The position numbers and the translations under genes were made by a program. This document shows positions 21,616 through 32,429 of a DNA stretch of 60,000 bases, one piece after another. The stretch covers positions 28,646,001-28,706,000 of the forward strand of contig CM097885.1 in the NCBI GenBank assembly GCA_044892525.1, written 5' to 3'. The notes under the pieces were generated by a model. The model saw only the letters and a list, made by a program, of their open reading frames with translations. It made no database searches and was not told the DNA's origin. Within the stretch, counting starts at the first letter, position 1, and every line of letters starts with the position of its first letter. Source of the stretch: Schmidtea polychroa (Eukaryota).

Positions 21616-21910
21616 TTTTTTTTTCAACATAAAATAATATTAAAAATTTGAAAATAATAGTGTGGGTATCTTAGATTTATATTTTATTTTATTTATTTTT
21701 ATTTTATTTTATTTTATTTTATTTATTTTATTTATTTTATTTATTTTATTTATTTTATTTATTTTATTTATTTTATTTATTTTTTAAACATAAATATGAA
21801 AAAAAAAATATTGAAACGGGTGATGGTGGCGAACCGGTAATTATCGCCACCTGTCTTTCGAACACCCCCGGATCGATCCCGGTAATGTGCACATTTATTT
21901 CTCAGTTGTT
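21547..21910. repeat. Surviving inner part of the original right TIR
   Basis: Reverse complement of 8560-8881 with small indels. Confidence 0.9.
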
Positions 21911-22723
21911 ATCATTATTCTGTATGTTTATAACATTTTTAGATTTAGAGGGTGTAGGAATATAAGATTTAGGATTAGGTGGTAATCCTCTCCAATAATC
22001 AATCACTAAAGTTTGGAAAGAGTTGAATACTAAGTTTGAATCTCCTAATTCATTTTCAACCTCTTCTTGTTTTGCTTCTACTGCTTGAATTATTTCTTTG
22101 ATGGTTTTATCAAATCCTTTAGTTGAAAATAAATATTTAAAGGGTATTCCAATTTCAACATCTAAAGGTGTTGTCTTTTCTTCTGCTCCTCGCCAGTATT
22201 TTGCTTTGATTATAATCTTATATTTTATAACATTATACCTTGTCGGTTTATAATTTTTTAAAGCTTCAGTGAAAGAATTTTTAATATTTTTTTTATTTTT
22301 ATTTATATATTCTCCAGGAGTTGCAGGTCCATTAATTTTTAATTGAAATTCATCTATATGATTAAAATTATCCCAGTTATATTTTTCTCTTTCAACATGA
22401 TCAGGTTCTCCTTCTGAATGACATTCCTCATCGTCAGAATTTTGTTTTTTATTTTTACATTCTTTTATATGTTCTAAATAATAGAAATTTACTTTTGTTG
22501 AAAAGTTACAGTGAGAACATGTAAATATTTCTCTATTTTTCCCGATACAATTTTCAAAATGTTTATTATATCCAGAATGTAGAAATCTTCCTTTACATTT
22601 AGGACAAACTTTTGAATTTGTGTCATTAAGATTATTTTCTTTTAATAAATGAGCTTTCGATTTTAAGTGAGAAATTAATCCAGTTTTATTTTTAAAAACT
22701 TTATTACAAATATTACAATTCAT
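21902..22723 (-). CDS. Duplicated N-terminal 273 aa of pPolB
   Basis: Identical to the pPolB N-terminus except two substitutions near the junction and the last residue. Confidence 0.85.
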   Translation of the reverse strand: MNCNICNKVFKNKTGLISHLKSKAHLLKENNLNDTNSKVCPKCKGRFLHSGYNKHFENCIGKNREIFTCSHCNFSTKVNFYYLEHIKECKNKKQNSDDEECHSEGEPDHVEREKYNWDNFNHIDEFQLKINGPATPGEYINKNKKNIKNSFTEALKNYKPTRYNVIKYKIIIKAKYWRGAEEKTTPLDVEIGIPFKYLFSTKGFDKTIKEIIQAVEAKQEEVENELGDSNLVFNSFQTLVIDYWRGLPPNPKSYIPTPSKSKNVINIQNNDNN

Positions 22724-22822
22724 TTTTAGAAAAAAATTTTTTATTGGATATCCTGTTTTGATTTTTTATGTTTTTATATTTATTTTCATAATGTGACAGT
22801 ATAAAAAATAACAAAAATCCAA

Positions 22823-22896
22823 AGCCCGATAGCGCAGTGGGCTAGACCGGCACCGTGGTTCAAATGGATAGCGGTTCAAATCCTAACTGTGGTTAG
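22823..22896 (+). ncRNA. Duplicate of the left-TIR tRNA-like Pol III unit
   Basis: A box 22830-22840, B box 22873-22883, T-run from 22897. Confidence 0.7.
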
Positions 22897-23736
22897 TTTT
22901 TTTTTTTTTTAAAAATTTGAAAATAATAGTGTGGGTATCTTAGATTTATATTTTATTTTATTTATTTTTATTTTATTTTATTTTATTTTATTTTATTTAT
23001 TTTATTTATTTTATTAATTATTTTATTTTTAAACATAAATATGAAAAAAAAATTATTGAAACGGGTGATGGTGGCGAACCGGTAATTATCGCCACCTGTC
23101 TTTCGAACACCCCCGGATCGATTCTTTAATGTGCACATTTATTTCTCAGTTGTTTTCGGACCTCTTTCGGATTCACTTTCGAATTCATTTGTACTTTCGA
23201 GCAGCACGCTTAAAACGCCGATGAAATCGTATTCGAGCGAGAAGCGAATAATAAGGTGTGCTGCTATTATCGGATTGATTCTGATGTATGAGTCTGGCCA
23301 GCTTGTATATTAGAAGAGATTTGATAAACGAAAGAGGTTGAAATGATCCGGATCAAAAAAACTGTTGAGGGGACAGTGAAAAAAAAAAAAAAAAAAAACC
23401 ACTGTCCCCTCAGAGCAGTTTTACTATTTTTCATTTATTTTTTCATTTATATAATTTAAAATCAATAATCTGATAAAGATCAACTCCGGAGTTTGATTGA
23501 TCCCAAATAGCCCTCTAACTTTTTCATAATGCTTTTTCATTTTTTTTTCTATTCTCTTTTTAGTTTGAAGCTTTTGAGTTTGAGGCTTTAAAGATTAAGG
23601 GTGGTTGTTGTTTAAAATATGGGGTTAAAATACTATAAAAGCATAGGTTTAATGTTGTTTTTCTAATGGTTTAAGCGTAATGGAGGTATGTTTTTGTTGG
23701 GAGGGCTGTTTGGGTTGGGTATATATACACACTACT

Positions 23737-25659
23737 TTGGATGACATTGTGATTTATTCGAATAGTAAAGAAAAACATTATACAATACTCAGTGAAGTAT
23801 TAAAAGCGATCGATGAAGCAGGTCTAAAGATTAACCCAGAAAAGTGTCAAATAATAAAGAAAAAAATCAGATTCTTAGGTACAAATAATCAGTTAAGAAG
23901 GAGTAAAAACCGATCCTTCTAAGATTCAGGCTATACAAAATTTTGGGAAGCCAAGTTGCGTAAAGAAACTTCGAAGCTTTCTAGGCATTTGTAATTATTA
24001 TAGAAGATTCATCAGTGAGTATGCAAAGAAATCAAGGATGTTAGAACAATTATGTAGCGGTCCGATTAAAATAAAACTGGAATGGACTGAAGGAACGAAT
24101 AATGTATTGAAGGAATGAAGTTAGCATTCACAACGGCACCGATTCTATGCTTTCCGGATCTGAGAAAGGAGTTCATTTTAGATACTGATGCCAGTTTTGA
24201 TACCATTGGGGCAGTGCTTTCGCAAAGAGATAAAGATGAAAAGGAGAAAGTAATTGCGTATGGATCACACTCGATGACGAGCCATGAAAAAGGATATTGC
24301 ATTACAAGGAAGGAACTATTGGCGGTATACTATTTTTGTATTCATTTTAAGCACTATCTCTACGGAAGAAGATTCACGCTAAGGACAGACCACAAGGCGA
24401 TCACGTTTATGATGACAACCAAGAAGCTAATTACTTCACAATTCCAAACCTGAATAAATTATTTGAGCAGTTTGGATATAATCGTTGAATATAGAAAGGG
24501 TGTTAATCACCAAAATGCAGACATGGTGTCCAGAACTAAATGTGAAACGTGTGTTCAATGTCAAATGGCTCACGAAGAAGCTAAGAAAGGAAAGATAAAA
24601 ACTAGATTACTAGACTCGATCAGAGAAGAAGGTAGAAGCACCAATCAACAAATAAATTTGGAAGAAGAATTACGAAAGAGAACGATGATACATGAAATCG
24701 AGATACAAGAAACCATAAAGGAAATACATAGTCTATTGTGTCATGCTGGAGTCGAGAAGATAGCTGATTATATGCAAGATAGATATATTGGGAAAAACCT
24801 GTGGAGTCAGATTCAGGAAACTATTCAAAGTTGTGAGACTTGTCAAAAAACCAAGGCTATAACAAATACAACGAAGAAACCAGTAAAAAAATTAGAATCA
24901 ACCGAAATGTTCGAAATTATATTCGTGGATATATGTGGACCAATGCAAGAAACAAAAGGACGTAAGAAGTATATATTGGGTATAATAGACCAGTATAGTA
25001 AGTATCAAGTCCTGACAGCTATAACAAGACAAGACGAAGAAACAATAAAATAAACGATTTTAGAAAAATGGATTTTAAGATTCGGGTGCCCAAAGGAGAT
25101 AAAAGTTGATTGTGGGAAGGCGTTTGAATCAGGAATGTTGAGAGAATTCACAAAGAAACTTGATATTAAGTTATGTTTTTCGAGTCCATACCATCACCAA
25201 ACAAATAGACAGATAGAATGGCAATTCAGGACAATACGAAAGCGGATAAATGCTTCTTTACGATTCAGAAGGATGACGGATTGGGCAGAGATACTACCAG
25301 AAGTCGAATTTACATTAAATGCAACCAAACAAAAAACGACAGGAATAAGCCCGGCAGAGATAGTTTTTGGAAAAAAGATTAGCAGGGAGAAATGGTACGG
25401 GTCAAAAGAAAAACAAGTAAAGGAAGAACAAGAAGAACAAACAAGAAGGAAATTTGACGTAGGAGATGATGTGTTAGTAAAATTAGAAACACGCAACAAA
25501 AGCCAGGACAGATATGAGGGACCATATAAAGTAATCGAGAAAGTGCATGACAGACGATATATCTTAAGAAACGAGAATGGTAAAAAGATTGAAAGAAACG
25601 TGGAAAAACTTAAAAAATTTCTTAAGGAGGGGGATATGAGGAAGTTAAAAGATTCTTAA
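23737..25659 (+). pseudogene. pol: Gypsy pol 3' half (RT C-terminal part, RNase H, integrase), duplicated copy
   Basis: LDDIVIYS; FILDTDAS..GAVLSQ..ELLAV..TDHKA; integrase and GPY; same stops as the left copy. Confidence 0.92.
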
Positions 25660-25893
25660 AGATTAATTAGAAATTTGGTAAAAATTTTAAATATATTTTT
25701 ATTGAAAAATATTTTAAAAAGAAGAAAGAAAATTTATCAATTTTAAGAAATATCTTTATTAAAGAAATATTTTAAGAAAATCTTAAATTTGTTTAAATAA
25801 CAAAAATAAGATCAGACAAGTTTTTTGAGATATCTTTTATTAAATAAAATTTATGGAATTATTTAGTGATTTAAAAAAGGATGAGAATCCTAA
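25637..25893 (+). repeat. Gypsy 3' LTR copy, preceded by PPT (25624-25634)
   Basis: AAGGAGGGGGA-TA-TGAGGA...TCCTAA. Confidence 0.85.
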
Positions 25894-26730
25894 TAATTTG
25901 TATGCGCTATAATTGAGACTTATCATGTTATTTCTTGCCTTAATGAGAAAAATGTATTGTTTGTCTGTTAGGGTATGTGATTTGATTAGATGTGCTAATT
26001 GTCTGTTTGCACCTATTGTTCTTGATATGTATCCTTGACATGTCATCCGGTACCACTAGTCCTCATACCATTCGCTTGTGAGTTCATGTATTTTTGCAGA
26101 AGTTTCTGTGAGGTTCGTTTCGTTAATGTATATAGTGTAATCTTTTGTCTTTAAGAGTAGTATGTATTTGTTATTTTCTAGTGTAAGTGTGATTTTGATG
26201 CCAAATCTTTCATTTATTCTTTTGATGGCAGATCTAAATTTGCCAAATATTGTTGCTGGGCCGCTTGTGTCGCCTTTAATGTCTGCATTTATCCATCTAA
26301 ATGTGTGGTTTATATCTATTGGTGTGTTTAAATCTGATTTTAGCTAATGCTATCATTTGTTTAATTATGAATTCCCTCATTCTTATGTCTCGTGAGTGTA
26401 GTATTTTAATGAGGTGTGTGATGCCTTGTATCATGTATTCATCAATGCTTAGCACTATGACCAGCATATACCACACTATACCCGTTGAGCAATCAATGTT
26501 GGTACTGTATCGAATGGGTGAGTACTTGCGAAAAGCGAGCGTACCTTTGTACAATATAATATGCAAGCACTCAAGCGGGTTCGCGGACTGCCGTTAGAAG
26601 GCCTTTGTCCGACTTTAATTTAGGTCCCTTAGTTCTATAATCTAACGACTGGAAAACCAGTGACCTTCACTAAAAACCTTTTTATTCATTACGCCATACT
26701 GCGAGTTAACCATTACGCTGAGGAAGTACC
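25894..26730 (-). mobile_element. Remnant of an R2/NeSL-like non-LTR retrotransposon flanking the Gypsy LTR
   Basis: QGITHLIKILHSRD and QG..FLIKARNNMISLN resemble post-RT regions of RLE-type LINEs; partial copy at 5817-6055. Confidence 0.45.
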
Positions 26731-28281
26731 TATATCCAAATGCTTCTTGTAATTCTACTCCTCCAACCACCTCTGGTGTCACTTTCTCCACCACAATGAA
26801 TCTAACTTCCTTAGAAATATCTCCGATAGTTACTTTAACCTTTGTTCTTCCAATTGTCTCTATCGTACTTTCGTTTGCACATCGTAACTTATCGTCGCTT
26901 CTCATCAATTGTTGTCCTCGTAACTTGTTAAAACAGTTTACACTCATTACGTTTATTCGTTCTCCGGTGTCTAATAAACAGTCGAAAATTTCCCCATTCA
27001 TCATTACTGTTACACTAGGTCTTCCCTGTAGCTTGTTATATACAATTTCTACCTCCTGTCCAGTTTCAATTGTTCCAATTCTTTCCACTTCCTCTTCAAA
27101 CCTTTCTCTCCTTAGGAACCTGTATACTTTCTCACTTACCCTTCCTACATTCTCCCACTTTTCTACCCCTTGAGGATATCCCGTCCACTTTTCTGTTAGT
27201 ATATGGCTCCAACCAACTCTTCTACTGGTGGAGCCCTGTTGTTTGGGTACGTCCTACTAAAATTATCTTCATTTGTCTCTACGCACGATTCCATTTCCTC
27301 TTCTTCTTCGATTCCAATTATCCGGCTGTATCTGTTTCCTGTCGATCTTTGTTTCTCTATCGATTTCTTGTAACTCGACTTTGTATAACATTCTTCTGAT
27401 CTATGACCATTTTTGTTGCATCTTTTACACCGTATTTCTTGACATAACCTTCTTATATGGCTTTCTTTCCCACAACCAAAACATCTTGGCACTTTTTTAT
27501 CTGGACAATTCCTACTGATATGTCCGCTTCTGTGACATGTCCATCACTCTATCTTACTTCTTACTGGACATTCTATTTTTGTGTGGCCTATTTTGTGGCA
27601 TAGCCAGCACTCTGGTTCGTCTCGTCGCCTGACTTCTTCTCTTTCATCTTTTTGCTTGTACTGTCCTCTTCTCTGTGGATCCTGATAGACCACTCTTGCA
27701 TAACTTTTCAAAGCGTTGATATGATCTCTCTGCCTGTCCACTTTATCCATCAGAATTATTGTTTCCTTTATCTCCTCTGTGCTTTTTATCTTCCGCAATT
27801 TTACTTCTTTCTCAACTTCTTTATTCTCAGCACATACTATCAACATCTTTGCTGTTATTTTCTCTTTGGCGAATTCTTTATTCTCAAACAACCTGTCAAC
27901 AAGGTCCTCCAATTTTTTAAAATATGTTTCAATCTCTTCGCCTCTTCTTTTATAATTCAATAAACTTTCCATATCCTTTATTACGTCTCTTTCGTAATCA
28001 AATGCCATTCGTAACCTGGCTTGAAATCCTTCTGCCTTTTTAACTGTTTTTGCATATTTCTCCAATAGATCCTCGTCGATCATGCATGCGATCGATCTTT
28101 CTTGTTCTTTTTTATTGATGCCTTTAGCATCGAAATAGATCTCGGATCTTCTGATGAATTTTTCCAAGTCATCACCTTGACAGAACACTTTTGGCAACAG
28201 TCTTTCGGTAATCGCGTCGGTGTTTACCGCTGCCACCATATTAGGATTTTCATCCGTTTTTAAATCACTAAATAATTCCAT
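26730..28281 (-). pseudogene. gag: Gypsy gag (four CCHC knuckles) and aspartic protease
   Basis: CWLCHKIGHTKIEC, *WTCHRSGHISRNC, CFGCGKESHIRRLC, CKRCNKNGHRSEEC; protease LLDTG. Confidence 0.88.
28226..28238 (-). promoter_or_regulatory. Primer-binding site, tRNA-Leu
   Basis: TGGTGGCAGCGGT, 2 nt after the LTR end, complementary to the tRNA-Leu 3' end ACCGCUGCCACCA. Confidence 0.8.
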
Positions 28282-28449
28282 AAATTTTATTTAATAAAAG
28301 ATATCTCAAAAAACTTGTTTGTTCTTATTTATGTTATTTAAACAAATTTCAGATTTTCTTAAAATATTTCTTTGCTAAAAATATTTTTTTAAATTGATAA
28401 ATTTCTTCTTTTTAAAATATTTTTCAATAAAAATATATTTAAAATTTTT
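28241..28449 (-). repeat. Gypsy 5' LTR, outer end lost at the ATT tract
   Basis: Homologous to 6056-6269 with about 11 substitutions and a 5 nt indel. Confidence 0.85.
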
Positions 28450-28455
28450 GAAACA

Positions 28456-28475
28456 ATTATTATTATTATTATTAC

Positions 28476-28574
<99 letters not shown>

Positions 28575-28575
28575 G

Positions 28576-28610
<35 letters not shown>

Positions 28611-28638
28611 GATTATTATTATTATTATTATTATTATG

Positions 28639-28702
<64 letters not shown>
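28456..28702. repeat. (ATT)n microsatellite
   Basis: Direct observation. Confidence 0.98.
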
Positions 28703-28704
<2 letters not shown>

Positions 28705-30210
28705 TATATTATTATTACTGTTATTATTATTGCTATTATATAACTAATATATTATATTACTGCGACACGCGAGATAGGGTGGAAACAAGTGGACAGGGTT
28801 ATAACTAATAAATAAACAAAATAAGCATAAATTGTACCTAGTGGCACGAAGTGCTTATTAGTGCAAGTACCTTAAAGGACCCCGGATCAGAAATGGGTCT
28901 TTTAAGGTACACTTAAAACAACTAGAAAACATGTAGTCAGTGGCATAAAAATCCAACTGACACATAATACACATGTAAATGGTTTGATAACTCGCCAATA
29001 TCAAATCATTGAGCGGTTATATCTTTGATATTTCCGTGAAGCACTGCATAATAGTGCTCAAATCTTCGGCCACTACTGTTGTGATGCCTGATGATCCCTC
29101 AGGGAAACACAGAAGCTACCTATGTATATTAAAAACTAACCCCGATATGTTATGACCACTTTGAGGTTGGAGCTCAGGATCCCACCTTCTCTTCGAAGCG
29201 GTAGGTAAAACCAAGCTTTGAATCAAATAACACGAAAGGGTAAGCTTTGAATTACCTGAAACCCACCAATATTATTATATCTGTATTTTTCTTATCATTT
29301 TCTATTCATACATACCCATTTCTACTGGAATATATCAATTTTAATTGTTTCAAATTTTTTCCAATTTTTATCTTTTTTAATAAGTTTTTGCATTTTATCG
29401 ACTTGCACATCCAAATTTCATTTGCGCTACTTTAGACGAACCCAACACCATTATCAAATATTATTAATAACAATAGTTGATAAAGACAAAGCCGAAGTTT
29501 AGTGTAGTGAAGAATTAAATATTTGATTTTTTATCAGAAATGAAAAACAAATGAAATATCACCAAAAACCAGAAAACAGATAAGAGGTGACCAAAAAAAT
29601 AAACGATTTTACTAATAGTTTTTTGTAGGATATGCTCGACTTCCTATATCATCAAATACAGAATTTTATTGTGAAATGGTTTTTAGTGAATTTGCTATTT
29701 CTTTTTTATTAAATAAATGAAATTTCTTCAAATTACACTTGAAAATAATGGATGACGGTTAAACTATTGAACCAGTAAAGTAAAGTTGAAAAATAGTTTT
29801 GATTGATAAGCCGTTTTTTTTAAAGTGAACCAAGCCCATTTTGATATAACAAACTTTATATTTTCTTTAGACATTAATAAAGATTGGGTAATAAATTTAC
29901 AATATCTATAACTGTAAAACACACAAAAGTTGGCTGTTAGAGTCTATCAATAATTTTAAGTTGTTTGAAACGTATATCTTAAAATAACTTCTTATAACAA
30001 AATTGAACTTGTCCCACTTTCAAAATAAACGGCTCATGATAATTTTATTACGTTTACATTTTTTAAAATTTTAATTAACGTAAAGTTCTGAATATAATAC
30101 CCGGGTACTCTAATTGGAAAATGGCAATATTCTGATAAAATAATAAATCCAATTAGTATACCCGGGTACTCAAATTGGTTATCTATACCCAGGTACACTA
30201 TTGGGAACGT

Positions 30211-30287
<77 letters not shown>

Positions 30288-30446
30288 GCACAGGGAATGT
30301 ATTATCTAAAATTAAAATAAACCCAATTAATATATAATTAACGAAACAAAACAACTATATTATTAATTCAAAAAACAATAAGATTATTCATTAATAATAA
30401 TAAAAGTGAGTCTGATGAGTTAAAATCTGGGTGTGATTTTGTTGAG

Positions 30447-30959
30447 GTGTGTGAGTCTGATGAGTTAAATAAATTAAATAGTGTGAGCAAGGATTATGAG
30501 CCTAAATTTGTGTTAGTATTGCCATACTCAGAAGGTTTTAAGGATTATAAAGTGAAGATAAGAAAGCAGTTAGGGAATTTAAACTATAGGATAGTGTCAA
30601 CTTCATGGAAAGTACGCAATATGTTTATTAATAAGTCAAAGACTCCGGTTGAATTGTGTTCCGATCTCGTTTATCAGTTTACATGTAATGGGTGTAATGC
30701 CACATTCATTGGAGAGACTTCCCGTCATCTCTGTATTCGAGCTCGAGAACATTGTAGACCGAAGTCTTTGACCCATATTGGTGAGCACAATAAGGGCTGT
30801 AAGATTAAAATAGGTATGTCTGATTTTAAAATTTTATTAAAAAACTTCGATAATTATTGGGAACGTGTGATTTATGAGGCGTTGTTGATAAAATCATTGA
30901 ATCCGAAAATTAATGTGCAGAATGCTGTAAATACTTGTGTGTTGAGTGTTTTTAAATAA
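30447..30959 (+). mobile_element. Penelope-like element 3' fragment, GIY-YIG endonuclease
   Basis: LVYQFTCNGCNATFIGETSRHL..R..EH; EALLIKSLNPKIN. Confidence 0.9.
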
Positions 30960-31148
30960 GCTTTTGTGTATTGTATGTATTGATTGTTGTGTTAAATTAA
31001 ATAATTGATAAAAAAATTTTAAATTTTTAAATTATTAAATTAAATTTTAAATGTTAAAGTTTTTAAAAAATAATATTTTTATAAAATAAAAAATTTTTAT
31101 ATATAATTAAATTTGTTTAAAATCCTTTATTTAATGAGTATTATATCC

Positions 31149-31187
31149 CACCTGATGATGACAGGAAAACTGTCGAAATTAATCGTG
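31149..31187 (+). ncRNA. Minimal type I hammerhead ribozyme (Penelope-associated)
   Basis: CAC-CUGAUGA-U-GACAG(GAAAA)CUGUC-GAAA-UUAA-UC-GUG. Confidence 0.85.
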
Positions 31188-31980
31188 AAAAAAATGTTTG
31201 ATTGGCGTTATCTTATAATTAATTCAATTGTATATAATAATAGAAAAACTAGGAACAAATTTATTAATTATTTTTTAAAGTGTTATTTATTAATCATCTG
31301 AACCAATTTTAATAGCGCCTCTGTATCGACTTCACTGGAAGTCTCGCTGACATATTCATCATCATCATCATCAGAGGAAGAACTCAGACTATCAGTTACA
31401 TGTTCATAAACAGTTTCTAGATCAATTTCATTAGGTTCATCAACCCCGACCAGCTCATAAGTTGTATCATTTGGTTCGGTTTCGATTTCAGTAATATTTG
31501 ATTCATCTGATTTAAATACAGTTTGAAGTCGGCTATTCAGTTTTTCCAAAAATATTTCTTTTCCAAGCTCTCCAACTCCACAACACTCAAATGACCGTTC
31601 AATTATTTCTGGTGAAATTTGTTTTAAAGCTGAAGATGTAAAATTAACAATATCTTGATAGGTCGGTTTTTTCCTGTATCCTATTTTTCTAAATTCCTCT
31701 TTACCATTTATAAGCCAATCATTCCAAGCTACTCTCATAAAATGTTTAAATGAATAGTTAATTGAATAGTTAATCCAATATGATGTTCGAAATTAATTTT
31801 CAAAAAAAAATCCAATTACTGTACCCGGGGTACTGTATTTGGACAAATGTTGCTATTAGTGTATCTGGGGTACTATATTCGGGGGGGTATTATATTCAGA
31901 ACTTTACGTTGCATTTATTTATTTTCTTATTTGAGTCTTTATCCAACTTTTATCCACACTATATACATATAATTTCATAC

Positions 31981-32032
31981 TTTTTTACAGCAATTTTCGT
32001 TCTGAACTTGATCTCTATGATAATATGTTTCT
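31981..32032 (-). CDS. Candidate exon of minus-strand host gene
   Basis: ttag acceptor, gtatga donor, (R)ETYYHRDQVQNENCCKK; phases match flanking candidate exons. Confidence 0.35.
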
Positions 32033-32429
32033 CTAATATATTCTGGTTCGGCCATTGATTGAGGCCGAACATGAGTCTAGTGAAATAAATTACTAATCAA
32101 ATATAAATTATAAAAAAATCCTCTACATAAAATAATTCAAATAATGTATTTTTTATAAATATTTTTATTATTAAAATTAGTTCAGTTCTTATTCTTATTC
32201 ATCAATCCAATTCAAGGTTTTCCAAAAATATATTATTAAAACAAAATATCCAAATAAAGCCTTGAGAATTTAATTTTATAAATCAGCATCTTTATATACA
32301 TAATTGTTATACATCATTTTGTATTCACTGTAAAAAGACTGTAAAAACGAAAAACGAAAAAAAAATATTGTGATACGGTTTAAAGAAAAACAGATTATTG
32401 ACAAAAAAGAAACATTTTCTGTCAAATAG

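Larger units (their letters stand above)
7980..23736. mobile_element. Polinton/Maverick (adintovirus-like endogenous virus), partly decayed
   Basis: AGTAGT start, ACTACT end, long TIRs; pPolB, MCP, mCP, adenain protease, ATPase and rve integrase genes. Confidence 0.96.
21906..26132. repeat. Right arm of large inverted duplication (partner 5817-9803)
   Basis: Reverse-complement identity; AACAA microhomology at 21906-21910. Confidence 0.97.
30078..31909 (-). mobile_element. Internally deleted pogo/Tigger-like transposon with nested Penelope fragment and (TA)n
   Basis: TIR ACGTAAAGTTCTGAATATAATACCC at both ends; TACCCGGGTA subterminal repeats; transposase tail 31283-31738 (IIERSFECCG, acidic tail). 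Confidence 0.75.

Noticed and set aside
26680..26730. HDV-like ribozyme (minus strand) or extra LTR end at TGAGGAAGT
   Set aside because: Could not build the P1/P2 pseudoknot; match to the LTR start is only 9 nt with no further homology
28394..28576. Poly-Leu ORF; also poly-Ile (34843-35112) and YI-repeat ORFs (30034-30354, 39181-39384)
   Set aside because: Translations of (ATT)n and (TA)n microsatellites
29133..29145. CTAACCC as a telomerase RNA template
   Set aside because: Only 7 nt match, short of the usual ~1.5 repeats; no pseudoknot or H/ACA features recognised
30406..30470. Two CTGATGAG motifs as hammerhead cores
   Set aside because: No stem II or GAAA; a short direct repeat (GTGAGTCTGATGAGTTAAA)
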